From IMG/VR virus record IMGVR_UViG_3300025097_002022, positions 1-64,000 of that record: DNA of 64,000 nucleotides; one strand, 5' to 3'. Shown one piece after another: positions 29,943-39,194 of this stretch. A program made the position numbers and the translations under genes. Source of the DNA: a virus. A model generated the notes under the pieces. It was not told where the DNA came from and did no database searches. It worked only from the letters and a program-made list of their open reading frames with translations. Within the stretch, counting starts at the first letter, position 1. Each line of letters opens with the position of its first letter.

Positions 29943-32029
29943 TGAATTCTATTTTTGAAAATTGGAATAGCTATATCCTCTCTGAAGAAGTATTGACAGA
30001 AGTCTCCTTCGCCGATGCTCAAAAGGTTCTTGATTCAAAGCGCACCGTGAAGATTATTAAAGGCTGGCGTTATGACAAGAATCGCGAATTGGAAAAACGA
30101 GGATTTGAAGTTAGCGATGATAAGGGCGGAATCAGAGCCGACTTTGATCACAGGAAGTTAAAAGAAAGCATCCTCCACCTTATACCAAACGACATAGAGG
30201 ACGGGCAAAAGGGAACCGCAATCTTGTGGATCTTGAAGATGATAAGGGAGGACGCAGGCATCGCCAACGATTTCATAACTGGAAGAATCGGAGATTATAT
30301 GGGAGTCGAACGCGATTTGGAAACCTTCTTCCATCATCAGAATTTTATGCCTAAACCGGACTTGCTCTCAATTAAAACAATTCGTGATTTTGAAATGGTA
30401 GTGAGTTCTGCACAAGATGAGATAGAGAAGGCACAGCACAAGAAATTGTATCTCGATGCCGAACAGGGAACTGAAATATTCCGAGACGATGCAGAGTGGA
30501 GAATATATGCTCTTCACAACAAGGGCGCATCTTGTCATTACGGAAAAGGAACTAAGTGGTGTACTGCTGCTCCTGGCTTGAAGTACTTCGAACAGTATTA
30601 TAAGCCCGACGATCCGCTATTCTATTTTGAGAAAAAGAGCGGGAAAGAGGGCGAGATAGGAGAACGATGGCAGTTTCACTATGGATCCAAGCAGTTTATG
30701 AATTCCCAGGACGAACGAATAGACAGAGAGGAAGTGATTGAATATAGCGAGATGCTTCTTGCGACACCGGCTGCGAGCAAGTATCCGATAATAGAGAAAT
30801 ACTTAAAACCAATCTTTGGCGGAGAGGCGACAACACCTCCTGAAGTACTTATAAAGCTCGCTTCAGATGAAGATGCTATTGTAAGAAAGGCTGTTGCTCG
30901 GAACCATGCTGCGCCACCGGAAGCTCTTGCAAAGCTTGCAATGGATGAGAGGCAGATGACAATTGCCGACGTTGCTGAAAACCCCGCTGCCACAGCCGAG
31001 ATCCTTGCACAGCTTGCAAGACATCCCAATGAAATTGTTCGACAAAAAGTCGCAGCCAATCCATCAACCACACCAGAGATACTTTCCAAGTTCTCTTTGA
31101 AAGACGAGGACATGGTACTCAAATCTGTTATAGATAATCAGAAAACCCCTCCAGAGTTCCTTGCGAAATTTATTTCACCCGAAACCGATTCATATCTCAA
31201 AAAAGCCGTCGCAGTCAATCCGAGAGCCACTCCTGAAGTTCTCGAAGTCCTTGCTTCGGATGAAGATCCATATGTCAGGGAGGCTGTCGCAAGTAATCCA
31301 AGTGCCTCCGCTGAGATGCTTTCAAGACTTGTATTCGATGATGAATGGCGCGTCTCCAATTCGGTATTGGGTAATTTGAACACGCCCTCAGACGCCCTTG
31401 CTAAGATTGCCAAACAAATAGGAATCCAAAACTCCACTGACAGACGCCTCATTCAAATCGCCGATCATCCAAACACGCCCCCTGAGACTCTCGCAATTCT
31501 TGCTTGGAACCACGACTATCCTCGGGTTCAAAAATCCATCGGAAACAATCCAAATACTCCCGTTGAAGTTCTTGTGAAGTTCGCCGAGGCTGAAGGTGAT
31601 TCAAGTCATCTACAAGAATTTGTCGCAGCAAACCCGAATCTGCCCGTTGAATACATTATGGACTTTCTCGAAGATAGTCGGCTACGCATTTGGGCAGTAA
31701 AGAATCCATCAATTCCAGAAGATATCGCTGTTGAAATCGCCTCCTCTGAGGATGATTATTTGAAAAGACAGTTATCGTACAACGAATCACTGCCTGTCCA
31801 AGCTATTGAAGTACTCGCTAATTCCGATACCCCCCTCTTCAGAGAACTCATGGCAGTCAAGCCCACAACTCCAATAGAGATCCTCTTGAAGCTTCTTTCG
31901 GATCCAGAAAGACACATTCAAGGTGCGGTAGAAAGAAATCGAACATATAAGAGATACCTCAAATCAAAGCAGATAACAGAGTCGATTCGAAAAAGAGTCA
32001 GAAAAATAATTACAGAGAGAACAAAATGA
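29942..32029 (+). CDS. PcfJ-like domain plus leucine-rich-repeat-variant (LRV) helical repeat protein; putative head-internal protein
   Basis: ASCHYGKGTKWCTAA..YFEQY motif, then a long run of ~24-aa repeats of the type VR.AVA.NP.TP.E.L..LA.D. Confidence 0.7.
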   Translation: MNSIFENWNSYILSEEVLTEVSFADAQKVLDSKRTVKIIKGWRYDKNRELEKRGFEVSDDKGGIRADFDHRKLKESILHLIPNDIEDGQKGTAILWILKMIREDAGIANDFITGRIGDYMGVERDLETFFHHQNFMPKPDLLSIKTIRDFEMVVSSAQDEIEKAQHKKLYLDAEQGTEIFRDDAEWRIYALHNKGASCHYGKGTKWCTAAPGLKYFEQYYKPDDPLFYFEKKSGKEGEIGERWQFHYGSKQFMNSQDERIDREEVIEYSEMLLATPAASKYPIIEKYLKPIFGGEATTPPEVLIKLASDEDAIVRKAVARNHAAPPEALAKLAMDERQMTIADVAENPAATAEILAQLARHPNEIVRQKVAANPSTTPEILSKFSLKDEDMVLKSVIDNQKTPPEFLAKFISPETDSYLKKAVAVNPRATPEVLEVLASDEDPYVREAVASNPSASAEMLSRLVFDDEWRVSNSVLGNLNTPSDALAKIAKQIGIQNSTDRRLIQIADHPNTPPETLAILAWNHDYPRVQKSIGNNPNTPVEVLVKFAEAEGDSSHLQEFVAANPNLPVEYIMDFLEDSRLRIWAVKNPSIPEDIAVEIASSEDDYLKRQLSYNESLPVQAIEVLANSDTPLFRELMAVKPTTPIEILLKLLSDPERHIQGAVERNRTYKRYLKSKQITESIRKRVRKIITERTK

Positions 32030-32553
32030 AAATATTGGGACTTGATGTGAGTTCCTCTAAAATTGGTATTGCACTCCTTAACAATGATGACATTGTAATA
32101 AGCGAAGTGTTGAAATTTAAGTCAAGCCAATCTTTGGAAGAGCGAGCAGAACAATTTGAAAGAAGAATGCGAGAGATAGAAGAGCTTCATGTCATCTATG
32201 ATGTTTTTGTCGAACAACCGGCAATGATGTTCAAGGGCGGCAAGACAACAGCACACACAATGGCGACACTTCAGAGATTCAACGGAATGTGTTGCTATGT
32301 CGTAAATAGCGTTTTTGAAATGGAAGCTGAACTTGTAAACCCCCTGTCCGCCCGTTCTGTCCTCGGAATAAAAGTGCCGAGAAAGATACCGAGCAAGGCG
32401 AAGAAGAAATTCATCATCGACAACATAACAGAGCGATTTGACGGACAGTTCAAATACAACATGACTCGTCAGGAGAATCCTCAACCCGGAACTGACGACA
32501 GAGCAGATGCTTTAGTTGTTGCCCTCGCCGGTCCTTTATTATTTGACGACTGA
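32026..32553 (+). CDS. RuvC-like Holliday junction resolvase
   Basis: MKILGLDVSS..IG, VFVEQP and DDRADA provide the RNase H-fold acidic catalytic residues. Confidence 0.85.
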   Translation: MKILGLDVSSSKIGIALLNNDDIVISEVLKFKSSQSLEERAEQFERRMREIEELHVIYDVFVEQPAMMFKGGKTTAHTMATLQRFNGMCCYVVNSVFEMEAELVNPLSARSVLGIKVPRKIPSKAKKKFIIDNITERFDGQFKYNMTRQENPQPGTDDRADALVVALAGPLLFDD

Positions 32554-32571
32554 TGTAAAGTGTGTTATATT
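32543..32571 (+). promoter_or_regulatory. Sigma70-type promoter TTGACG-N17-TATATT with extended -10 TG
   Basis: -35 at 32543-48, TG at 32563-64, -10 at 32566-71; predicted start site falls at about the primase GTG. Confidence 0.7.
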
Positions 32572-32578
32572 ATAGTCT

Positions 32579-33511
32579 GTGAAGAAACTCAAGATTATAT
32601 CCGAGATCCTCGGCAGCAGCTATCGTTCAAATAATGAACACTTATTCTTGTGCCCATACTGCAAGCACGACAAAAAGAAGCTCTCCGTAAATGTCGAGAA
32701 GAACCTTTTCAAATGCTGGATTTGTGAGTCCACAGGCAGGGACATCCGTCGCCTCGTCCGTCGCTTTGGAAACTTCAATCAACTTGCAGAGTGGGACAAT
32801 CTCACAAACCGGACAAACATCAGTGATTTCGATGACTTGTTTGCAGAAACACAGTCCGAAACGGAACCCGCTCCATCTCTCGGCTTACCCGAGGGCTTTA
32901 ATTCTCTTTGCAACAAGCCATCTCTCGCAGCCCTGCCCGCTCTTAACTATCTCAAAAATCGAGAGATATCTGAGAAGGACATGCTCTATTGGAAGATGGG
33001 CTACACTCTATCTGGCAGGTTTTCAAATCGCGTTGTAATTCCATCCTTCGATATCAACGGAGACTTGAATTACTTCATCGCGAGAACATTCTCTTCAGAT
33101 TTCCGAAAATATCTCAACCCTCCCGTCTCAAAGGACATCATCTTCAATGAACTCTATCTTGAGTGGGACTCGGACTTGGTGATAACGGAGGGTGTCTTCG
33201 ATGCCATCGTTGCTGGTCCAAACGCCGTCCCCCTTCTTGGTTCGACTCTCCGCCAAAACTCTAAACTGTTTAGACGAATCGCCCAGAGCGATACCTCCAT
33301 CTTCCTTGCTCTCGATCCAGATGCAGCGAAAAAGGAAGAAAGGATCATTCGACTTTTTCTGAGCTACGGCTTGGAAGTGTTTAAGATAGATGTCAGCGGA
33401 TATGAAGACATTTCAGAAATGGGACGAGAGGAGTTTTTGAAAAGAAAAGAGGACGCCACTCTTATCCGAGAGACTGACTATTTATTGGAAACAGCAATAG
33501 CGGGAATTTAA
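32579..33511 (+). CDS. DNA primase (zinc-binding domain plus TOPRIM)
   Basis: CPYC..H...CWIC zinc finger, YLKNREI, RVVIP, ITEGVFDAI, LALDPDA, EDISE. Confidence 0.9.
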   Translation: MKKLKIISEILGSSYRSNNEHLFLCPYCKHDKKKLSVNVEKNLFKCWICESTGRDIRRLVRRFGNFNQLAEWDNLTNRTNISDFDDLFAETQSETEPAPSLGLPEGFNSLCNKPSLAALPALNYLKNREISEKDMLYWKMGYTLSGRFSNRVVIPSFDINGDLNYFIARTFSSDFRKYLNPPVSKDIIFNELYLEWDSDLVITEGVFDAIVAGPNAVPLLGSTLRQNSKLFRRIAQSDTSIFLALDPDAAKKEERIIRLFLSYGLEVFKIDVSGYEDISEMGREEFLKRKEDATLIRETDYLLETAIAGI

Positions 33512-33518
33512 AAAACTC

Positions 33519-33547
33519 TTGACACTCAACTCTAATTGTGCTATATT
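33519..33547 (+). promoter_or_regulatory. Sigma70-type promoter TTGACA-N17-TATATT with extended -10 TG
   Basis: -35 at 33519-24, TG at 33539-40, -10 at 33542-47; A-rich upstream. Confidence 0.8.
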
Positions 33548-33553
33548 GTCTAT

Positions 33554-33760
33554 ATGAGCGGGAAGTTCCAAGTCGGAGACATTGTTGTTTTTGATGAATC
33601 ATACTTCAGCCACTACTATAGCTCACGCGAGCCCGCTAAACCAATGTTAGTTATGAAGACTCCACCTTTAGGATCAAAGATTTCAGTTGCATATGTTCTT
33701 CCAATTGGGGAAACGGAGTCCTTTCCAGTTTATATGAAGTATCTCAAGAAAATAGAGTAG
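33554..33760 (+). CDS. Small hypothetical protein (68 aa; KFQVGDIV, SH3/KOW-like start)
   Basis: ATG at 33554 coincides with the predicted transcription start; F.VGD.V opening is typical of small phage beta-barrel proteins. Confidence 0.6.
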   Translation: MSGKFQVGDIVVFDESYFSHYYSSREPAKPMLVMKTPPLGSKISVAYVLPIGETESFPVYMKYLKKIE

Positions 33761-33776
33761 TTGAAAAAGAGGGCGT

Positions 33777-33805
33777 TTGATATTCACAGTCAAATGTGTT
33801 ATAAT
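33777..33805 (+). promoter_or_regulatory. Sigma70-type promoter TTGATA-N17-TATAAT with extended -10 TG
   Basis: -35 at 33777-82, TG at 33797-98, -10 at 33800-05; upstream of the SbcCD fusion. Confidence 0.8.
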
Positions 33806-33829
33806 ATAGTCGCTACATTAGGGGAATGA

Positions 33830-36800
33830 ATGAGTTCGAGTTATAAGATATGTCACGTAAGTGACATTCATATTCGCAAATTGAAATATCACACAGAATA
33901 TCGAGAGGTATTTGAACAACTTTACGATAGTCTCCGCGCAGAGAAGCCGGATATCATCCTGAACACTGGCGACACATTCCACACGAAGACAGATTTGTCA
34001 AGCGAGGCTGTGCAGATGATGAGCGAGTTATTTTCAAACCTCGCCGACATTGCTCCATTTCACATGATTCTCGGCAATCATGATATGAATCTCCGTTCTC
34101 TCGGACGGCTGGACGCCATCTCTCCAATCGTGAACAACCTTGATCATCCAGATATTCACTTTCACAAATTGTCAACCGTTGTATCTCTCACTGACGATAT
34201 TGACATGCATGTTCTTTCTATTGTTGATCCGGACAATTGGCAGGAAGAGATAGACGACAGCAAGACGAGCATTGCAGTCTATCACGGAGCCGTCAAGGGC
34301 GTCAAGACAGATATGGGGTGGGTAATGGAACACGGCGACATTGATGTCTCTACTTTGAACAAGTATGATTATGCAATGCTCGGAGATATTCATAAGACAA
34401 ATCAGATGATTGGAGCCAATCCCAAGTTCCGCTACCCTGGCAGTTTGATACAACAGAATCACGGCGAGACAAACGACAAGGGCTATCTCACTTGGGAGAT
34501 ATCTGGCAAAGACAGTTATGAAATTAGGCACACATCCCTTCAAAACCCACGAGCATTCGTTACCGTCGAGTTAACAAAGAAGGGACGAATGCCAAGGAAC
34601 GCAACAGTCCCAGCAGGAGCACGTCTCCGTCTTGTTTCGAACAACAATTTATCCCTCGACAAGATGCGCCGCGCCGTCGATATTGCGAAACACAGATTTA
34701 AGCCCGAGAGCATTACCTTTCTCAATCGCGCCCTCGGTTCGCAATCTGGATCCGATGTAAATCCAGATGATTTCATCAAGGAAAATCTCCGAGACATCAG
34801 TGTTCAGAAGAGAATGATTCAGGATTTCTTAGAGGAATATGAGATTGAAGACGAGGTTTTGGAGAGAGTCTTGGAACTCAATTCAAAATATAACACAGCA
34901 GTTGAAAATAACGAAGAGGTAGCTCGAAATATTAATTGGAAGCTTAACTCGTTTGAGTGGGACAGTCTCTTCAACTATGGAGAATCCAATTCAATTGATT
35001 TCACAAACATCAGCGGAATCGTTGGAATCTTCGGAAAGAATTATTCAGGCAAGTCGAGCATCATTGACGCTGCTCTCTACACACTGTTTAATTCCACCTC
35101 GAAAAATGAACGAAAGAACCTCAATATCATTAATCAGAACAAGGACAGAGGGCAGGGGCGAATTGGAATTTCGATTGGAGACAGACAATTTGTAGTCGAA
35201 AGGAGTAGCGAAAAATATACAAAGAGGCTTAAAGGCGAAGAAACACTTGAGGCAAAAACCAATGTTGATTTCCTCGAAATCAATGCCCTCGGAGATGAGG
35301 TGGTAAGTCACAACGGAATGACGAGAGCAGACACCGACAAGAACATTCGCAAGATGTTCGGAACCCTCGATGACTTTCTGTTGACATCCATGGCATCTCA
35401 GTTAGATAGTTTGACATTCATCAAAGAGGGTTCAACTCGGAGAAAAGAGATTCTTGCCAAGTTTCTTGATCTTGAAATATTTGATAAGAAATATAAAATG
35501 GCGAAAGAAGACGCCTCCGATCTACGAGGCGCCCTCAAGCGTCTTGAGGGGAAAGAATTTGAGGGAGACATCGAGCAAGCCATGCGAGATACCATGCAGA
35601 GTTCCATTGATATACAGGAAAACGAGAAGAAGTGTCAGGAATATAATCAACAACTAATTGATATCGCTGCATTCCTTTCTGAAGTTGAGGGTAAAATCGC
35701 CTCAATCCCTCTCAAGGTTATCGACATTGAAGCAGAGAGCGCTCTCTTGTCGTCAAAGAGAGGGGACATTCTATCCCTGACGGAGGAAAATAAAGAAATT
35801 CGAAAACAAAACAAGAGCAACGAAACATTGATTAGGAAGTTGTCAGATTTTCTCTCAGATTATGATATCGAGAATTTAAGAAATAAAAAGAAAGAAGTCT
35901 CAGATAAAAATGATAAATATTCTGAACTTACAAGTCTCTTGAGAGAGAAGAAGAGAGATGTTGAAGATAATGAAAAGCGAGTGAAACTTCTCGAAGAGGT
36001 TCCTTGTGGAGATCAGTTTTCTTCTTGTAAGTTTATTTGCAACGCTCATAAGGCAAATTTGGAACTTCCAGATATGTTGTCTGAAGTTAATGCAATACAG
36101 CAACAGGGTGTGAAGATTTTGAAAGATATCAACTCTCTTGATTCCAAAAAGTTGGATGACTATTTGGATAAATACGACGCACTGGTGGACAGGAGAACAC
36201 AGGTTGAACAAGAGATGTCTGTGTCTGAGCTTGAGTTGGCAAACAATCTAACACGACTTGAAGTATTTAAACACGAGATTGAAGGAATTGTAGAGAGTAT
36301 CAAAGTATATGAAGATAATCGAGACGCAATCGAGAACTTGGAGCAACTTGTTTCGAAAAGGAACGAACACGCTGCTTTGCTGAGCAGGACTGAAAAGAAT
36401 TGCAAGCAATGCAAGCAAGATTTGAATGATTTGTATGTCTCACATGGATCTTACGAAAACAAGCTTCAGAATTTGATGGACCAGAAGAGTGAACTATCAG
36501 ATTTGCGAGAGGACTATTCCGCATATGATTTATATATGAAATGTATGCACTCCAGCGGCATTTCATACGATATTATTAAAAAGAAGCTTCCGGCAATCAA
36601 TGAGGAAATCGCAAAGGTATTAACGAATATTGTCAATTTTGAAGTTTTCTTTGAAAACGATGGAAGGCGATTAAACGTCTACATTCGACATCCAAAACAT
36701 GATCCTCGCCCAATCGAAATGGGATCTGGTGCAGAAAAGACAATTGCATCAATGGCTATCCGACTTTCTCTTTTGCATGTTAGTAATTTACCCAAACCAA

Positions 36801-36994
36801 ACATTTTCGTAATGGATGAGCCGGGCACAGCGCTGGACGCCGAGAATCTTGAAGGATTCGTGAGAATACTGGAAATGGTGAAATCTTATTTCAAAACAGT
36901 TATCTTGATATCCCATCTTGATTCTCTGAAAGATTGTGTCGATGTCGTAATCAATGTAGATAAAAAGGATGGATTTGCATATGTCAGCCAATGA
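33830..36994 (+). CDS. Fused Mre11/SbcD nuclease - Rad50/SbcC ATPase (T4 gp47-gp46-like recombination nuclease)
   Basis: Phosphoesterase motifs SDIH, TGDTFH, GNHD, YHG, LGDIH, YPGS; Walker A GKNYSGKSS; long coiled coil; GSGAEK signature; Walker B IFVMDEP; D-loop ALD; ISH. Confidence 0.93.
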   Translation: MSSSYKICHVSDIHIRKLKYHTEYREVFEQLYDSLRAEKPDIILNTGDTFHTKTDLSSEAVQMMSELFSNLADIAPFHMILGNHDMNLRSLGRLDAISPIVNNLDHPDIHFHKLSTVVSLTDDIDMHVLSIVDPDNWQEEIDDSKTSIAVYHGAVKGVKTDMGWVMEHGDIDVSTLNKYDYAMLGDIHKTNQMIGANPKFRYPGSLIQQNHGETNDKGYLTWEISGKDSYEIRHTSLQNPRAFVTVELTKKGRMPRNATVPAGARLRLVSNNNLSLDKMRRAVDIAKHRFKPESITFLNRALGSQSGSDVNPDDFIKENLRDISVQKRMIQDFLEEYEIEDEVLERVLELNSKYNTAVENNEEVARNINWKLNSFEWDSLFNYGESNSIDFTNISGIVGIFGKNYSGKSSIIDAALYTLFNSTSKNERKNLNIINQNKDRGQGRIGISIGDRQFVVERSSEKYTKRLKGEETLEAKTNVDFLEINALGDEVVSHNGMTRADTDKNIRKMFGTLDDFLLTSMASQLDSLTFIKEGSTRRKEILAKFLDLEIFDKKYKMAKEDASDLRGALKRLEGKEFEGDIEQAMRDTMQSSIDIQENEKKCQEYNQQLIDIAAFLSEVEGKIASIPLKVIDIEAESALLSSKRGDILSLTEENKEIRKQNKSNETLIRKLSDFLSDYDIENLRNKKKEVSDKNDKYSELTSLLREKKRDVEDNEKRVKLLEEVPCGDQFSSCKFICNAHKANLELPDMLSEVNAIQQQGVKILKDINSLDSKKLDDYLDKYDALVDRRTQVEQEMSVSELELANNLTRLEVFKHEIEGIVESIKVYEDNRDAIENLEQLVSKRNEHAALLSRTEKNCKQCKQDLNDLYVSHGSYENKLQNLMDQKSELSDLREDYSAYDLYMKCMHSSGISYDIIKKKLPAINEEIAKVLTNIVNFEVFFENDGRRLNVYIRHPKHDPRPIEMGSGAEKTIASMAIRLSLLHVSNLPKPNIFVMDEPGTALDAENLEGFVRILEMVKSYFKTVILISHLDSLKDCVDVVINVDKKDGFAYVSQ

Positions 36995-37247
36995 AGTGAG
37001 GTATATTGTTTTGCCATATGAGGGGCACTGCGAAAAGTTAGTCGATATCAGAGAGTCAGTCCCGCAGCATGAGTTCGATTACAAAAACGCTCGTAAATTT
37101 CTTGATTATGTCTATTTATTAGAAGAGATTGCCTTGTGTGTGAAGGTAGAAGATTATGCCAAAGCATCCGATAAAATAGGTATTTTACAAAACGGCGAGT
37201 TTATAACTTTTAAAGCCGCAGTTAAAAAGGAAGATAAAAATGAGTAA
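36981..37247 (+). CDS. Hypothetical protein (~88 aa)
   Basis: ORF overlapping both neighbours; start could also be 36969. Confidence 0.5.
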   Translation: MSANEVRYIVLPYEGHCEKLVDIRESVPQHEFDYKNARKFLDYVYLLEEIALCVKVEDYAKASDKIGILQNGEFITFKAAVKKEDKNE

Positions 37248-37431
37248 GCAAGCAGTATTAGACAAGGTAATGTCAAAAGCGATTTCTCGCAAATTGTTCA
37301 CATTTCTAACAGCAACAGGGCTAATGCTTTGGAGTGACTTATCCTCAGATACATGGGGCATGATCGCAATGTGCTATATAGGAACGCAGGGCGCAGTAGA
37401 TGTTATGAAGACTTATAGGCACGGCGCATAG
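37240..37431 (+). CDS. Putative holin (63 aa, two hydrophobic segments)
   Basis: SRKL followed by two short hydrophobic helices and YIGTQGAVD; AAGGA SD upstream. Confidence 0.6.
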   Translation: MSKQAVLDKVMSKAISRKLFTFLTATGLMLWSDLSSDTWGMIAMCYIGTQGAVDVMKTYRHGA

Positions 37432-37836
37432 ATGACTTGGTTGACTTTAGTGCTATATTCTAAGAAAGCCTGGGTGTGGTGCAGACATCATTGGAAGATA
37501 CTTGCCATTGCATTGTGGACTCTCGTTGTCTGGTTTGTCTCTCGCGGAAATGTAAAGGCATATAAGAGAGTGCTTGAGGCAACTATTGATAACTATAAGA
37601 AAGAAATTGAAGTTCTCGAAAATAGTCACGCCGATGAAATTGGAAAAAGAAATGAAGCCATTCAAGTTCACAATGAATCTATCGCTAAATTAGAGAGAGA
37701 ATACAAGGGCTCCAAGAATGATCTGACTGTGGAGAAAAGAGCAAGGTATTTAGAGTTGTTAGAAATGCTCAACAAAGATCCCAAGTCGGCAAACGAGGCA
37801 ATAGAGAAAGAGTTCGGATTCAAACATGTTGACTAA
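37432..37836 (+). CDS. i-spanin-like membrane protein
   Basis: N-terminal TM segment (ILAIALWTLVVWFV) followed by a coiled coil; adjacent to the holin-like gene. Confidence 0.5.
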   Translation: MTWLTLVLYSKKAWVWCRHHWKILAIALWTLVVWFVSRGNVKAYKRVLEATIDNYKKEIEVLENSHADEIGKRNEAIQVHNESIAKLEREYKGSKNDLTVEKRARYLELLEMLNKDPKSANEAIEKEFGFKHVD

Positions 37837-38284
37837 GTTAACCGCACAGTTGCTAACAATTAGTTTGCTCTTCCCAGCTACTATTTTTGCCCAAGAGGTG
37901 GAAGATGCAAAGAAATATACCCATCTTCAGGAAGGCGAAGTAGCCCCGTTTTCGGGGACACTGTTCAGTCCTGCTGCAACCGCGCAACTAATAGCCGAGC
38001 ATCAATACTCTATGTCCGATTGCGACTTGAGGGTTGAATACGAAGTTTCAAAAGCGAGAGCGGGACTACAGTTGGAAATCGATAGCCTGCAGATAAGCTA
38101 TGATGCTCTCGATGAGCGCCATAAGTTGCTAATGGATATCAAGAACGGTGAGATAGAGACATATAGAGAAATGGCACTTAAGCAGCCGAACAAGAATAAC
38201 AACTGGTGGATGACAGGTGGTATCATCATCGGAATCGGGTTGTCTCTTGGGACATTCTATGCCGTTACGGAGATCCCAAAATGA
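37826..38284 (+). CDS. Exported coiled-coil protein with C-terminal membrane anchor (spanin-like)
   Basis: Signal peptide ending ..TIFA-QE with no lipobox Cys, coiled coil, C-terminal WWMTGGIIIGIGLSLGTFYAV. Confidence 0.5.
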   Translation: MLTKLTAQLLTISLLFPATIFAQEVEDAKKYTHLQEGEVAPFSGTLFSPAATAQLIAEHQYSMSDCDLRVEYEVSKARAGLQLEIDSLQISYDALDERHKLLMDIKNGEIETYREMALKQPNKNNNWWMTGGIIIGIGLSLGTFYAVTEIPK

Positions 38285-38673
38285 GTGATGCAAAAGAAGA
38301 TCCAGATTACGCTCTAAAAATAGAGAAGGCGATAATTGACAAGTTTGGAGCGGACGCTGTCCAGCATCCAGCGAAGAATTGGACTCCCGAAAAGGAGAAA
38401 GAATATATCGAAGAACTCAAAAAGTTAACAGAGAAAATGAACAAACTATCAGAAAAGACTGAAAAGATAGAAGTTCGGGGCGTTTTGATATCAAAAAAAC
38501 TACTTAATAAAGATAGCAATAGAGTTTGTTCGGTTTGCGATGTCTACTCTTTTAATACGAGGGATGATGTTTATGTAAATAAATATTCTTGTTGTTACGA
38601 GTGTTACATTCAATGGGTTGATGGGCGAGAAGAGCGTTGGGCAACCGGCTGGCGCCCCAATAAAGGAAAATAA
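38281..38673 (+). CDS. Hypothetical Cys-rich (CxxC...CCxxC) putative zinc-binding protein
   Basis: ATG at 38281 overlaps the upstream TGA; CSVC and CCYEC motifs. Confidence 0.65.
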   Translation: MSDAKEDPDYALKIEKAIIDKFGADAVQHPAKNWTPEKEKEYIEELKKLTEKMNKLSEKTEKIEVRGVLISKKLLNKDSNRVCSVCDVYSFNTRDDVYVNKYSCCYECYIQWVDGREERWATGWRPNKGK

Positions 38674-38677
38674 ACAA

Positions 38678-39190
38678 ATGGCAACAGTTTTAGATATCGT
38701 AAGGGGAATTTCCCAAGCAGCGGCAAATGCAAGAGACGGAGCACATGACGAGAATCAAGTTCCAGAAGGCGAAACGAAAAAAGTCGGATTAAAAAGAGAA
38801 GAAGGGGATGCTATAATCGACTCTCGTGTGATTGACGGTTTCGGCGTAAACATTTCCGGAGACTTGCTTTGTATTAATTACCAAAGCGATATTAAGCTCA
38901 AAGATGTCTATGGCGGCGACATTGAGACAGAAGTCGAAGAGATGATAGAGAACGTTGCAGGCTTCCTAAAGAAGGAATATAAGAAATTGACAGGAGATGC
39001 CCTTTCTCTAAAAGCAGACGGCAACGTAGAGGTAATGGTTCAAAATACTTCTAAAGTCCGCGCTTTCGTTAATGGTAAAAGATACTATAAGGTTGGAAAT
39101 CTTAGCGACGTAATTCCCGTCGGCGAGCCTTCTGAGGATCGTTTGGATAAATCAATTCGCGACTTCTTGTCTCTCGGAAAAAATAAGTGA
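38678..39190 (+). CDS. Hypothetical protein upstream of terminase (170 aa)
   Basis: ATG at 38678 with AAGGA SD upstream. Confidence 0.65.
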   Translation: MATVLDIVRGISQAAANARDGAHDENQVPEGETKKVGLKREEGDAIIDSRVIDGFGVNISGDLLCINYQSDIKLKDVYGGDIETEVEEMIENVAGFLKKEYKKLTGDALSLKADGNVEVMVQNTSKVRAFVNGKRYYKVGNLSDVIPVGEPSEDRLDKSIRDFLSLGKNK

Positions 39191-39194
39191 TTGG

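Noticed and set aside
32026-32553. RuvC fold as a Cas12/TnpB or transposase
   Set aside because: Only 175 aa, no zinc finger or flanking repeats, and it sits beside primase as expected for a resolvase.
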